64,000 bases of DNA, taken from NCBI GenBank assembly GCA_003599755.1, contig QZJO01000013.1, positions 27,729 through 91,728 of the forward strand, written 5' to 3'. Of the stretch, positions 18,029-27,512 are shown piece by piece. The translations under genes and the position numbers were made by a program. The notes below the pieces were generated by a model. The model made no database searches, was not told the DNA's origin, and saw nothing but the letters and a program-made list of their open reading frames with translations. Position 1 is the first letter of the stretch. Every line of letters begins with the position of its first letter. The DNA comes from Candidatus Parcubacteria bacterium (lineage in GTDB: Bacteria > Patescibacteriota > Minisyncoccia > Sungbacterales > SURF-37).

Positions 18029-19861
18029 CTATTCCGTCGTCACGGACTTGGCGAGATTCCGAGGCTTGTCGACATTGATGCCGCGGGACACGCCCATCCA
18101 GTAGGCGAACAATTGCAGCGGAATTGCGGTCAGAACCGGCATGAGGAACTCGTCGTCTTCCGGCACGGTGATCGTCGCGTCGGCAAGCGAAGCGATTTCA
18201 CTATCGTCCGGATTTGCGATGGCAATGACCGGTCCGCGGCGCGCCTTGATCTCCTGGATGTTCGCGACCATCTTTTTGCGGCGGGAGTCGCGTACGGCGA
18301 TCGCGATCGTGGGAAACCGGTCATCAACGAGGGCAAGCGGCCCGTGTTTCATCTCGCCAGCCGAATAGCCCTCGGCATGCGCATAGGAAACCTCCTTCAG
18401 CTTGAGCGCACCTTCGAGCGCGACGGGGTACTGATATCCGCGGCCGATGAAAAGGCAACTCTGCATCCAGCCGAACTGTTCAGCGACCGCTCGAACGTGG
18501 TCGCTTTGCGCGAGCGCCGTGGTGATCTTATCGGGTAACCGGAGGACGGCTTCGAGCATGCGCTCCGCGTCTGTCCGGATCAGATCACGCTGGCGGCCCA
18601 GGTGGATCGCCAGGAGCGCGAGCAGGGTGACCTGGGAAACGAAGGCCTTGGTACTCGCGACCGATGTCTCGGGGCCGATATGGTTGTAGATACCTGCATC
18701 GGTCAGACGCGCGATGGCCGAACCGACGCGGTTGACGATGCCGAGCGTGAGAATGCCGCGGTCCTTGCCGCCTTTGATGGCGAGCAGCGTGTCCATCGTT
18801 TCGCCGGACTGGCTGATAGCGAGCATCGCGCTGTTGCGCCGCGATGATGTACGGCGGTATTCGTATTCGGACGCCAGCACTGCTGTAGCAGAAAGACCAG
18901 CGTAGGCCTCGATGTACATGGCACCGATGAGTGCGGCATGGTAGGCCGTGCCGCATCCGACGACGGTGAGGTCCTCGATCGCAGAGAGCTGTTTTTCGAC
19001 GGCGGCGAGGCCGCCGAACCGCACGTGGCCTTCTCTCGCGATGATGCGGCCGCGTAACGAGTTGGACAGAGCCGCCGGTTGCTCATTGATCTCGAAGAGC
19101 ATCCGATGCGGAAACCCGCCGAACTCCGCGCTCTCGGCCTCGAGCTCGATCGCTTGCGATGGGCGCATGCGAGTCACCGCGCCCGCGTCAACGATCATAT
19201 GGCTGGTCGGCGAAAGTGTGGCGATGTCGTAGTCCTCGAGATGTACCACTTCGCGGGTATGGATGGCCATGGCCGCCGCGTCGGATGCGATAAGGCGGGC
19301 ATCGGGCAGAATGCCGATGGCGAGCGGGCTCGAACGGCGGCTGGCGACGATAACGCCGGGTTCGTCGGCCGTGATGGCAACGAGCGCAAAGGTGCCTTCG
19401 ATCTGGTGGATGGCGGCACGCATGGCCTCGGCGAGATTACCGCGATACTCCATCTCCAAAAGATGCGCCACTACTTCGGTGTCGGTCTCGGAGGTGAAGC
19501 GATGACCGGCCGCCGTTAGCACGCGGCGCAGTGCATCGTGGTTCTCGATGGTGCCGTTATGGACGACAGCGAAACGCGTGTCGCAGCCGGTGTGTGGGTG
19601 CGTGTTCCGTTCGCTCGGCGCGCCATGGGTAGCCCAGCGGGTATGCCAGATACCGACAGAACTGACCAGAGTATGTCCGGACACTGCATCACGGAGCGCG
19701 TTGATGTCGCCCACGGATCGGATGATGGTCAACTCGGCGCTGTTTTGGAGTGCAAAGCCGGCTGAATCGTATCCGCGGTACTCGAGACGACGAATGCCTG
19801 CCATGCCCCAGGGCACGATGTTGGTATTCGGAACAGCCGTAATGCCGTAGATTCCGCACAT
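18029..19861 (-). CDS. glmS: Glutamine--fructose-6-phosphate aminotransferase
   Basis: MCGIYGITAV... (N-terminal catalytic Cys) and SIS-domain motifs. 610 aa, ending ...VDKPRNLAKSVTTE. Confidence 0.9.
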   Translation of the reverse strand: MCGIYGITAVPNTNIVPWGMAGIRRLEYRGYDSAGFALQNSAELTIIRSVGDINALRDAVSGHTLVSSVGIWHTRWATHGAPSERNTHPHTGCDTRFAVVHNGTIENHDALRRVLTAAGHRFTSETDTEVVAHLLEMEYRGNLAEAMRAAIHQIEGTFALVAITADEPGVIVASRRSSPLAIGILPDARLIASDAAAMAIHTREVVHLEDYDIATLSPTSHMIVDAGAVTRMRPSQAIELEAESAEFGGFPHRMLFEINEQPAALSNSLRGRIIAREGHVRFGGLAAVEKQLSAIEDLTVVGCGTAYHAALIGAMYIEAYAGLSATAVLASEYEYRRTSSRRNSAMLAISQSGETMDTLLAIKGGKDRGILTLGIVNRVGSAIARLTDAGIYNHIGPETSVASTKAFVSQVTLLALLAIHLGRQRDLIRTDAERMLEAVLRLPDKITTALAQSDHVRAVAEQFGWMQSCLFIGRGYQYPVALEGALKLKEVSYAHAEGYSAGEMKHGPLALVDDRFPTIAIAVRDSRRKKMVANIQEIKARRGPVIAIANPDDSEIASLADATITVPEDDEFLMPVLTAIPLQLFAYWMGVSRGINVDKPRNLAKSVTTE

Positions 19862-20010
19862 GGTAGTCCTCCTTGTCAGGTTGGGGAAGAACTTCTCCTA
19901 TCCATGATACCGGCGTATATACTGCTCTGTTTTCAGGGTATCGCGCGGTACCGGAAGCGGCTGCGTAGGCACTGTCGCAAGGGCTGAAAATGCACTATGG
20001 TACAATTGAT

Positions 20011-20772
20011 ATGGCAACCGTCATCGCATTCTGTAATCAAAAAGGAGGTACGGGAAAGACCACGACGGCCGTGAATGTCGCAAGCTATCTTGTGGCGCTC
20101 GGCAAGCGGGTGCTTGTCGTGGATATCGATCCCCAGGCAAACGCGACTTCGGGCATCGGCGTGCAGGCGGGCGAGCGGCATCTGTACCATGGCCTCGTGC
20201 GGGATGCGCATCCGGATGAATTGATCCGCCATTCCGGCCTGATGAATCTCCATGTGTTGCCGGGGCATCCGGACTTGGCCGCCGCGACCGTGGAGCTCGT
20301 ACCGATGGAGAACCGCGAATACCGGCTGCGCGATCTCTTGCGCCGCGTCGGCCGCCGCTACGATTTTATTCTCATCGATCCGCCGCCGACGCTCGATCTT
20401 CTGACCATCAACGCGTTGACGGCGGCCGATCAGGTGATCATCCCGGTACAGTGCGAGTACTACGCGCTCGAGGGGCTGGCGCGCCTGATGCATACGATCA
20501 ATCTTGTCAATCAGAATTTGAAAATGAAAGTGCGGACCATGGGCGCATTGCTGACGATGTTTGATCGCACAAGCCGGCTGCACCGCGCGGTCGCGCGGGA
20601 CGTGCGCAAAAAGTTTCCCGGCTATGTATTTGATGCCGTTATCCCGAGGAACGTTAGCTTGGCCGAGGCGCCGAGCTTCGGCAAAACGATCCTCCAGTAC
20701 GATCCCTATTCGCACGGCGCGAAGGCCTACCGAAAATTGGCGCAGGAAATTGTTAAGATCGAAAAAGAATGA
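20011..20772 (+). CDS. parA: Chromosome-partitioning ATPase ParA/Soj
   Basis: MATVIAFCNQKGGTGKTTTAVNVASYLV (deviant Walker A). Start at ATG 20011. A TGgTACAAT extended -10 lies only 4 nt upstream, so the mRNA is possibly leaderless. Confidence 0.85.
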   Translation: MATVIAFCNQKGGTGKTTTAVNVASYLVALGKRVLVVDIDPQANATSGIGVQAGERHLYHGLVRDAHPDELIRHSGLMNLHVLPGHPDLAAATVELVPMENREYRLRDLLRRVGRRYDFILIDPPPTLDLLTINALTAADQVIIPVQCEYYALEGLARLMHTINLVNQNLKMKVRTMGALLTMFDRTSRLHRAVARDVRKKFPGYVFDAVIPRNVSLAEAPSFGKTILQYDPYSHGAKAYRKLAQEIVKIEKE

Positions 20773-21230
20773 AGCGCATTGCCATTATTTTTATAGTCGT
20801 CGCTGTAATTTTTGGCTTATTTCTTTACAGTAGGCGCGAAAAGGAAGTTTCCGGGCGCGTTGTTGCGTGCGAAACCGGAGAGCCGATTGCTGGAGCTACA
20901 GTTTCAGCGCATCAGCACGGATGGGGGCTCTCGAATGGCATGCCCGTCTGGGATAAAGAATATACGACAACTGCGGTAAGCAGTTCTGATGGTTCATTTT
21001 CGCTTGCTTGGCGGGTCGGTAATGCGGCGCAATTGCGGGCTAAGCATGATAACTATATCGTTGCTGAATGGTGGGCAAAAGATACGGAAACGGTTTCTTT
21101 GCCATTGCGCCCCGGAACCGATCCGTTCCCATTGGCGGTAACATATAATTGCAAACTCGTTTCTGAATGCATGGTATGTGAAATGATAAACGGTGTTGAA
21201 ACGTGTCATAATTCGTGTCTGCCTCAATGA
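20769..21230 (+). CDS. Small low-GC membrane-anchored protein with a carboxypeptidase-regulatory-like beta domain and a Cys-rich C-terminus; inserted between parA and parB
   Basis: N-terminal TM (IAIIFIVVAVIFGLFLY), a GRVVACETGEPIAGATVSA motif (CarbopepD_reg-like) and a C-terminal CKLVSECMVCEMINGVETCHNSC. About 47% GC by eye. Start overlaps the parA stop (ATGA) and the end overlaps the parB start. Confidence 0.5.
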   Translation: MKRIAIIFIVVAVIFGLFLYSRREKEVSGRVVACETGEPIAGATVSAHQHGWGLSNGMPVWDKEYTTTAVSSSDGSFSLAWRVGNAAQLRAKHDNYIVAEWWAKDTETVSLPLRPGTDPFPLAVTYNCKLVSECMVCEMINGVETCHNSCLPQ

Positions 21231-22327
21231 CCAACCCTCTCGGCAAAGGACTTGAATCGCTCATTCCGGGCAAGGCCACGCCGCCTCCGGAACCGGAGCC
21301 GTTGGACGTGCTACACGGCCAAAAAGAGCTCGACGAGCCGATGCATCGGTTCCACGACGGCGGTCCGATGCGCCAAGCTGCATCCGCGCCCGGATCGACG
21401 GGTACTGCAGCGCCGGTGAACGCGGCCGCTTCCACGCCCTTGCCGCCGCGAACGATCCAAGTCGATACGCCGGGTCGGATGATGTTTTCGGCGCAGCCCA
21501 TCCGTGGGGATAGTATTTTCTGGATTGAGATCACCAAGATCGAGCCGAATCCCTTTCAGCCGCGCCGCGTGTTCGACGCGGGCGAGTTGACCGCGCTTGC
21601 GCAATCCATCCGCGATCATGGCGTGCTGCAGCCGCTGTTGGTAACGAAGGTTACCAAGGATACGCCCAGCGGCGTGGACGTGCGCTATCAGTTGATCGCC
21701 GGCGAACGGCGCTGGCGCGCATCCAAGCTCGCGGGTTTGCGCACGGTGCCGGTGATCGTACGCGGAACCGATACGTCCGATCAGGCCAAGCTCGAGTTGG
21801 CGCTCATCGAAAACGTCCAGCGCGAGGACCTGAACGCGATCGAGCGGGCCAAGGCCTTCCAGCAATTGATCGATGAATTCCGCCTCGGGCACCAGGATAT
21901 CGCCAAGCGCATCGGCAAAAGCCGGGAGATGGTGACCAATACGCTCCGCCTTTTGCGCCTCCCTAAAGAAATGCAGGATGCGATTTCGGGGGGCGTAATC
22001 ACCGAAGGCCATGCCCGCGCGCTCTTGATGCTGGATCCGGAACCGGATAAGCAGCAGCAGTTATTCCGCGAAATGCAGCAAGGTCCGATGTCCGTGCGCG
22101 CGGCCGAGCTTGCGGCGCGGGCCTTGGGCGGCGCCAAAGTGCAAAAACGGAGCAAGCTGAAAAACACGCCCGTGGATCCGGATCTCCAGTCGCTGCGCGA
22201 GCGACTTGAAGAGCTGTTTGGAACCAAGGTATCGCTGATCCGGCGCGGCGAGCGCGGCCGGATCATCGTGGAATTTTATTCGGATGAAGAGTTGCAGGGG
22301 ATTATGGGACGGATCGTGAAGGAATAG
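21215..22327 (+). CDS. parB: Chromosome-partitioning protein ParB/Spo0J with a long Pro/Ala-rich N-terminal extension
   Basis: ParB box EIEPNPFQPRRVFD...LQPLLV...YQLIAGERRWRASKLAGLRTVPVIVR, and HTH region NTLRLLRLPKEMQDAI. The alternative start at 21227 is equally possible. Confidence 0.85.
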   Translation: MSASMTNPLGKGLESLIPGKATPPPEPEPLDVLHGQKELDEPMHRFHDGGPMRQAASAPGSTGTAAPVNAAASTPLPPRTIQVDTPGRMMFSAQPIRGDSIFWIEITKIEPNPFQPRRVFDAGELTALAQSIRDHGVLQPLLVTKVTKDTPSGVDVRYQLIAGERRWRASKLAGLRTVPVIVRGTDTSDQAKLELALIENVQREDLNAIERAKAFQQLIDEFRLGHQDIAKRIGKSREMVTNTLRLLRLPKEMQDAISGGVITEGHARALLMLDPEPDKQQQLFREMQQGPMSVRAAELAARALGGAKVQKRSKLKNTPVDPDLQSLRERLEELFGTKVSLIRRGERGRIIVEFYSDEELQGIMGRIVKE

Positions 22328-22336
22328 AATTCGAAA

Positions 22337-22370
22337 CAAAAATCCCGGCGAATGCCGGGATTTTTGTTTA
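22337..22370. terminator. Bidirectional intrinsic terminator between convergent parB and topA (AAAAATCCCGGC-GAAT-GCCGGGATTTTT)
   Basis: Perfect 8-bp GC stem with a 4-nt loop, flanked by an A-run upstream and a T-run downstream. It overlaps the last codons and stop of topA. Confidence 0.75.
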
Positions 22371-24425
22371 TTCTTCAGCTGCGGCTTTGGCCGCTTTCGC
22401 CTTCTGCTTCTTTTCGGGAATTGGTTTCCGCGGATCGTTCCACGTCGCATATTTGCAATCCGGATATCGGCCGCACCCGAAGAACATCCGGCCTTTGCGC
22501 GTGCGCCGCTCGAGGATTTCGGCCTGGCCGCATTCGGGACACCGCACGCCCGTGGATTTGGGCGGGTCTTTGGGCATGGGCTTGGCGTTCTTGCAATCGG
22601 GAAATCCCGAGCAGGCGAGGAACTTGCCGAAGCGGCCGTATTTGACGAGCATTGGCTTGCCGCATTTTTCGCAGACCTCGTTCGTTTCTTCGACCGGCGT
22701 GCGCCGCTCGACGACCTCGTATTTTTCAGCCAAGTGCTTGGCAAACGGCTCATAGAATTCGCCGATCACCGGCCGCCATGCGCGCTTGCCTTCGGCGATT
22801 TCGTCCAGTTCCTCTTCCATTTTCGCCGTGAATTGGATATCCACGATCTCGGGGAAATGCTCGACCAACAGATCATTGACGATATTGCCGATCTCGGTCG
22901 GCCGCAGGCGCTTTTGCTCGTCTTTTTCAACATAGTTGCGATCTTGGATCGTCGCGATGGTCGGCGCATAGGTCGAAGGTCGGCCGATGCCTGCCTGTTC
23001 CAATGCTTTGATGAGCGACGCTTCGGAGAAGCGGGGCGAGGGTTCGGTGAAGTGCTGCTCGGGAACCACGGCGTCGAGTCCGAGCGCCTCATCCTTAGCA
23101 AGCTGGGGCAGCGACACTTCCTCGATTTTTACCGGCCATGCGGCAAGGAAGCCGTCGAACTTCTGGGTCTGGCCGTTGGCACGGAACGTATATGCATCGT
23201 TGGCCTCCTGGGGCGCAACCGCAATATCCACGCTTACGGCTTCGAACAGCGCTTCGGGCATTTGCGATGCCATGAAGCGCCGCCAGATGAGGTCATAGAG
23301 CCGGAACTGTTGGCGATCGAGCGAGGAGCGGATGGAATCGGGCGTGCGCGCCGGATCGGTTGGCCGGATGGCTTCGTGCGCTTCTTGCGCGCCCTTGGCT
23401 TTGGTCTTGAAGCGGCGCGCTCCCGCGGCATAGCTTTTTCCAAAGAGCGTTCCGATGGCAGATTGCGCGCGGGCGAGCGACTCTTCAGAAAGGTTAAGCG
23501 AATCGGTACGCATGTACGTGATGAGGCCGGTCGAGCCCTCGCCGGCGAGATCCATGCCTTCGTAGAGCTGCTGGGCGATGCGCATGGTCTGACGCGCGGA
23601 AAAGCCGAGGCGGCGGAAAGATTCCTGCTGCAGCGTGGAGGTGGTAAACGGTGTGGGCGGTTTTTTTGAAACGGCTTTGGTTTCGATGCCGATCACGGTC
23701 CAGGTTGCCTGCTCGAGCCGCGCGGTGATGGCCTTTGCCTCTTGTTCATTCGGGATGGCGAATTTATCGAGTGTCTCGTTATTGATGCGGACGAGGCGCG
23801 CCGAAAAGATATCTTGTTTGCGTTTTTCCGGATGTACGTTCGCGGCAATGGTCCAGTATTCTTGCGGCTTGAAGGCCTGGATTTCGCGCTCGCGCTCGAC
23901 GATCAGGCGCACGGCCACGGACTGCACGCGGCCTGCCGAAAGCCCACGCAGCACTTTTTTCCAAAGGAAGGGCGAGAGCGAGTAGCCGACGAGCCGATCC
24001 AAAATACGGCGCGCCTGCTGGGCGTCGACGCGGCGCATGTCGATGGTGCGCGGGTTTTTGAGCGCCTCTTCGATGGCCGATTGGGTGATTTCGTGAAATA
24101 CGATGCGCTCGGCTTTGTCTGCGTCTAAGCCCAGGGCCTCGGTCAGATGCCAGGCGATGGCTTCGCCTTCGCGGTCTTCATCGGTCGCGAGAATCACACG
24201 CTCGGCTTGGCTCGCTTGTTTCTTCAAAAGCGTGACCTGTTTTTTTGACTTGGTCGGAATGATGTACGACGGTTCGTAATTCTTTTCGATTTCCACGCCG
24301 AGCTTGGATTTGGGCAGATCGCGAATGTGCCCGTACGACGATTCCACCGCAAAATCGCTCCCGAGGAAGCGGGAGATGGTGCGCGCTTTGGTCGGCGATT
24401 CGACGATGACGAGTGATTTGGCCAT
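22368..24425 (-). CDS. topA: DNA topoisomerase I with C-terminal zinc-ribbon repeats
   Basis: MAKSLVIVESPTKARTISRFLG... (Toprim), active-site region ITYMRTDS, and C-terminal CEKCGKPM...CSGFPDC...CPECGQ zinc ribbons. 685 aa. Confidence 0.9.
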   Translation of the reverse strand: MAKSLVIVESPTKARTISRFLGSDFAVESSYGHIRDLPKSKLGVEIEKNYEPSYIIPTKSKKQVTLLKKQASQAERVILATDEDREGEAIAWHLTEALGLDADKAERIVFHEITQSAIEEALKNPRTIDMRRVDAQQARRILDRLVGYSLSPFLWKKVLRGLSAGRVQSVAVRLIVEREREIQAFKPQEYWTIAANVHPEKRKQDIFSARLVRINNETLDKFAIPNEQEAKAITARLEQATWTVIGIETKAVSKKPPTPFTTSTLQQESFRRLGFSARQTMRIAQQLYEGMDLAGEGSTGLITYMRTDSLNLSEESLARAQSAIGTLFGKSYAAGARRFKTKAKGAQEAHEAIRPTDPARTPDSIRSSLDRQQFRLYDLIWRRFMASQMPEALFEAVSVDIAVAPQEANDAYTFRANGQTQKFDGFLAAWPVKIEEVSLPQLAKDEALGLDAVVPEQHFTEPSPRFSEASLIKALEQAGIGRPSTYAPTIATIQDRNYVEKDEQKRLRPTEIGNIVNDLLVEHFPEIVDIQFTAKMEEELDEIAEGKRAWRPVIGEFYEPFAKHLAEKYEVVERRTPVEETNEVCEKCGKPMLVKYGRFGKFLACSGFPDCKNAKPMPKDPPKSTGVRCPECGQAEILERRTRKGRMFFGCGRYPDCKYATWNDPRKPIPEKKQKAKAAKAAAEE

Positions 24426-24431
24426 TCTGAG

Positions 24432-25523
24432 TTATGCGACGCGTTGAAATCGGTTCTGTCCCATGCCGCGAACGTACCCTTTTAATTCCAACATGGAAAG
24501 GCAAGATATGACTGCCGCGGGCGGAAGTTCGGTCGTGCGGCAAAGCTCATCGACGCTCTGCGGCTCCGACAAGAGTTCCAATATGGTGCGCTGGGTCGCG
24601 TCCGTCAAGGCGCCGGCGCTCGATGGAGGCGCGGCGCGTTTGGAAATGCCGAGCGCGTCGACCAGTTCTTCGGCGCTTCGGAGTAGTGCGGCGCCTTCTT
24701 GAATCAGGCGGTTGTTGCCCGCACTCGCCGCGGAAAAGAGTGTGCCCGGAATCGCGAATACGTCGCGGCCCTGCTCAAGCGCGTAGTTGACGGTGATGAG
24801 CGTGCCCGAGCGCTCGGGCGCCTCGGCCACGACCACCACGCGTACCAGGCCGGCGATGAGACGGTTGCGCGCGCGGAAATGGTGTTTCAGCGGCCGGCTT
24901 GCGGGCGGATATTCGGAAATGACCGCGCCGCCTTTGCGAATTATCTGCTCCGCCATGTCCCAATGCTCGGCCGGATAGAACGACGTGCGATCCAAGCCGC
25001 CGCCCAATACGCCGACGGTTTCGATACTCGATTCGAGCGCGGCGCGATGCGCCGCGCCGTCAATGCCGCGCGCGAGGCCGCTGACAATCGCCACGTCGGC
25101 GATATCGGCAAGATCGCGCACGATTTTCCGCGTCGCTTCCAAGCCGTAAGGCGTTGCTTTGCGCGTGCCGATCACGGCGATGCGCGGCTTTCCGGGCGTA
25201 ATCCTTCCTTTTATATAGAGCGCGGCCGGCGGATGAGCCAGTTGCCGCAGTTCGTGCGGGAATTCATCATCTTCGGCCGCGACGAGCGCGATGCCAAAGC
25301 CCACGAGCTTGCGCAATTCCTCGTCCGGACGTACGCGGTCGCGGGCGCGCGCGATGTGGTTCGCGCGTTCGGCGTTTAAGCCGGCCTGTTCCAGCGCGGC
25401 GCTCGATGCGCGCCACGCGTTTTCATACGACGGAAACGCGGCGCGGAGTTTCTCGATCGTATCGAGCTCCGCTCCGGACTGCAGTATCGCATGCAGGAAT
25501 TTTTTTTCCTGTGCGGCTAACAT
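24432..25523 (-). CDS. dprA: DNA processing protein DprA (Smf)
   Basis: RIAVIGTRKATPYGLE...VSGLARGIDGAAHRAAL...AIPG (Rossmann-like DprA core), followed by a C-terminal winged-helix region. Confidence 0.85.
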   Translation of the reverse strand: MLAAQEKKFLHAILQSGAELDTIEKLRAAFPSYENAWRASSAALEQAGLNAERANHIARARDRVRPDEELRKLVGFGIALVAAEDDEFPHELRQLAHPPAALYIKGRITPGKPRIAVIGTRKATPYGLEATRKIVRDLADIADVAIVSGLARGIDGAAHRAALESSIETVGVLGGGLDRTSFYPAEHWDMAEQIIRKGGAVISEYPPASRPLKHHFRARNRLIAGLVRVVVVAEAPERSGTLITVNYALEQGRDVFAIPGTLFSAASAGNNRLIQEGAALLRSAEELVDALGISKRAAPPSSAGALTDATQRTILELLSEPQSVDELCRTTELPPAAVISCLSMLELKGYVRGMGQNRFQRVA

Positions 25524-25533
25524 TGCCTCTCAC

Positions 25534-25672
25534 TATACCCGGTAGTAGAACTTCGAACAATCATGCAAGCGCTTCGCGTATGAGTATATCCATCTTTGGC
25601 ATATGTAAACTGCATGACGGTTTCCGGCATTACATTCCGTTATCCATTCGAAGTTTCACTATCGGGTATACC
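25534..25672. repeat. Intergenic repeat family B, copy 1 (TATACCCGGTAGTAGAACTTCGAA ... TTCGAAGTTTCACTATCGGGTATACC); imperfect terminal inverted repeats
   Basis: Shares the CCGGTAGTAGAACTTCGAA left end and the TTCGA..TTTC...GGGTATACC right end with copies at 30456..30585 and (degenerate) about 35533..35600. Lies in the divergent dprA/pyrF intergenic region. Confidence 0.5.
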
Positions 25673-25789
25673 GACCGCGGAATGGTTTGACAACGCATAA
25701 TCCGTGCGGTAGTCCTTGAACAGGGTTTACGCATACCGGCTCTTCGATAACCGATACATCACATACCAGGCGACCCGAAGGAGGGATGC

Positions 25790-26806
25790 ATGGTCCAGAG
25801 CGAGACCTTCATCGACCGGCTCGTGCATGCGATCCAGGAAAAGCGGAGCGTGCTCTGCGTCGGGATCGATCCGCAATTCGATTCGATACCCGAGCCTTTG
25901 AAGCGGGAGGCGATCAGCCGCTACGGTAAGACACTGCGGGCGATCCGCCATCTCTTCGAGGAATTCGCCAAGCGGATCATCCATGCGGTCGAATTCGATG
26001 CGGTAGCGGTCAAACCCAACTGGGGTTTTTTCGTCGGCTATGGGTATCACGGTTTCCGCGCGTATCAAAACATTCTCCAGTATGCCCAGCGGCAGGGCCT
26101 GATCGTCATCGCTGATGGAAAACCCGGTGATGGGCCGCCGACCGCCCAGTACTACGCCAAGGGGTTTCTCGGTGAGATGCCCTTCTGGCCGGACGGAGAC
26201 GGAAGGCCGACGACGATTCGGTCGCCCATCCGGGCCGACGCCATGACCGCGCAAGTCGAGCTCGGCGAACCATGGTGGGATGCGCTGCGCGATGAGGTCG
26301 TCGCGACCGGACGCGGCGCGTTCCTGATGCTGCGCTCTTCGTTCCGCGGGGGATGGAGCGGGCACGAATCGAGCATCCAGCGGCATACCACGATCAGCGC
26401 CGAGCCGTGGTGGGAGCAGTTCGCGCAGAGCCACATGAAAAAAATCTGCGCGGATACGGCCGGCAAAACCGGCTGGTACAATGTCGGCGCGGTGGTGGGC
26501 GCGACATTTCCCCGGGAGGCGGAAACAATCCGCAAAATCCTGCCCAAGGTCTGGTTTCTCACGCCGGGTCTCGGCGACCAGAAGGCGACAGCGGACGATG
26601 CCGTCGCGGGCGTCGATGACCAGGGTCTTGGCGTGCTCGCGGCGCCAAGCCGCAGCGTGATCTACGCATACATGCGCGAAGGATTCATCCGGCCGCCCGA
26701 AGAATTCGCGCAAGCGGCCGCGGCCGCCGCGCGCGTCGCGCGCGACGCGCTCAACATGGCGATCCAGCGGCGGCTGCACGATCGGAAGAATGCCACGGTC
26801 AGATAA
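25790..26806 (+). CDS. pyrF: Orotidine-5'-phosphate decarboxylase, type 2 (actinobacterial-like long form)
   Basis: RSVLCVGIDPQFD, AVAVKPNWGFF and LIVIADGKPGDGPPTAQYY align with the type-2 OMPdecase motifs LCxGIDP / VKPqxaFFE / DaKRGDIg.T. Its codon style (C-ending codons, few GCG/CCG) differs from neighbouring genes. Confidence 0.7.
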   Translation: MVQSETFIDRLVHAIQEKRSVLCVGIDPQFDSIPEPLKREAISRYGKTLRAIRHLFEEFAKRIIHAVEFDAVAVKPNWGFFVGYGYHGFRAYQNILQYAQRQGLIVIADGKPGDGPPTAQYYAKGFLGEMPFWPDGDGRPTTIRSPIRADAMTAQVELGEPWWDALRDEVVATGRGAFLMLRSSFRGGWSGHESSIQRHTTISAEPWWEQFAQSHMKKICADTAGKTGWYNVGAVVGATFPREAETIRKILPKVWFLTPGLGDQKATADDAVAGVDDQGLGVLAAPSRSVIYAYMREGFIRPPEEFAQAAAAAARVARDALNMAIQRRLHDRKNATVR

Positions 26807-27492
26807 TGGAAAAGGAGGATGCCTTGCTGACGAAGGAGGAACAAGAGGTCGCCCTGATTCTTCATCGCTGTCAGGTGAACCAGTTCAGTCGTACGGGGTT
26901 CCTGGGCGCGCACCACGCAGAGCATCCGGATGCGCCGCCGATGCCCGATTACATTCAGACGGCGAATCTGTATTCCTTCCCTGCGGACGCATGGAGGGTT
27001 GCTGAGATCTTCGCCGGGCGGTTCGGCGCTCGGCTGAAGGTCGAATGCGATCTGATCATGGATGTACCGAGGGCCTCGACGCCGTTCGTGGCATACGTGG
27101 CGGTCCTTACCGGCATTCCCATGATCATGCCTCAATACGAGTCCAAGCAGCGCGGCATCGACAGTCCGTTCACCGGCGTGTGGGTGTCGGGGCAGCGTGT
27201 CGGCATCATCGACGGCGTCAAGAATACCGGCCTTTCGCTTCGAAAGGCTATCGCGCACTGCAGGAAGCACCGGCTCGTGCCAACCTTCGCCGGCGCGATC
27301 ACGGATCGTGGTACTGACGAAGAAGAGTTCATCGATGGCGTGCCGTCCGGTTCGCTACTCCGCTGGCGGAGGGCCCTCGACTTTTACGAGTCGGAAAGCG
27401 ACATCCCGGCCGATCTCATTGATGCCTCACGGCAATATCCGGATGTGTTCAGGCGGTATCTCTGGGTGAAAAACCATGCGGACGGGAAGTAG
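26806..27492 (+). CDS. Phosphoribosyltransferase-like protein (possible divergent orotate phosphoribosyltransferase)
   Basis: Immediately follows pyrF with a 1-nt overlap. VGIIDGVKNTGLSLRKAI resembles a PRPP-binding loop, but the canonical acidic dyad is degenerate. Confidence 0.35.
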   Translation: MEKEDALLTKEEQEVALILHRCQVNQFSRTGFLGAHHAEHPDAPPMPDYIQTANLYSFPADAWRVAEIFAGRFGARLKVECDLIMDVPRASTPFVAYVAVLTGIPMIMPQYESKQRGIDSPFTGVWVSGQRVGIIDGVKNTGLSLRKAIAHCRKHRLVPTFAGAITDRGTDEEEFIDGVPSGSLLRWRRALDFYESESDIPADLIDASRQYPDVFRRYLWVKNHADGK

Positions 27493-27512
27493 CCGTCCAA
27501 GAAAGGGATCCG

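Noticed and set aside
19990-20010. Upstream Met (MHYGTID…) as the parA start
   Set aside because: The deviant Walker-A N-terminus of ParA normally lies within the first 10 residues. ATG 20011 gives MATVIAFCNQKGGTGKTT and sits just after an extended -10 (TGgTACAAT).
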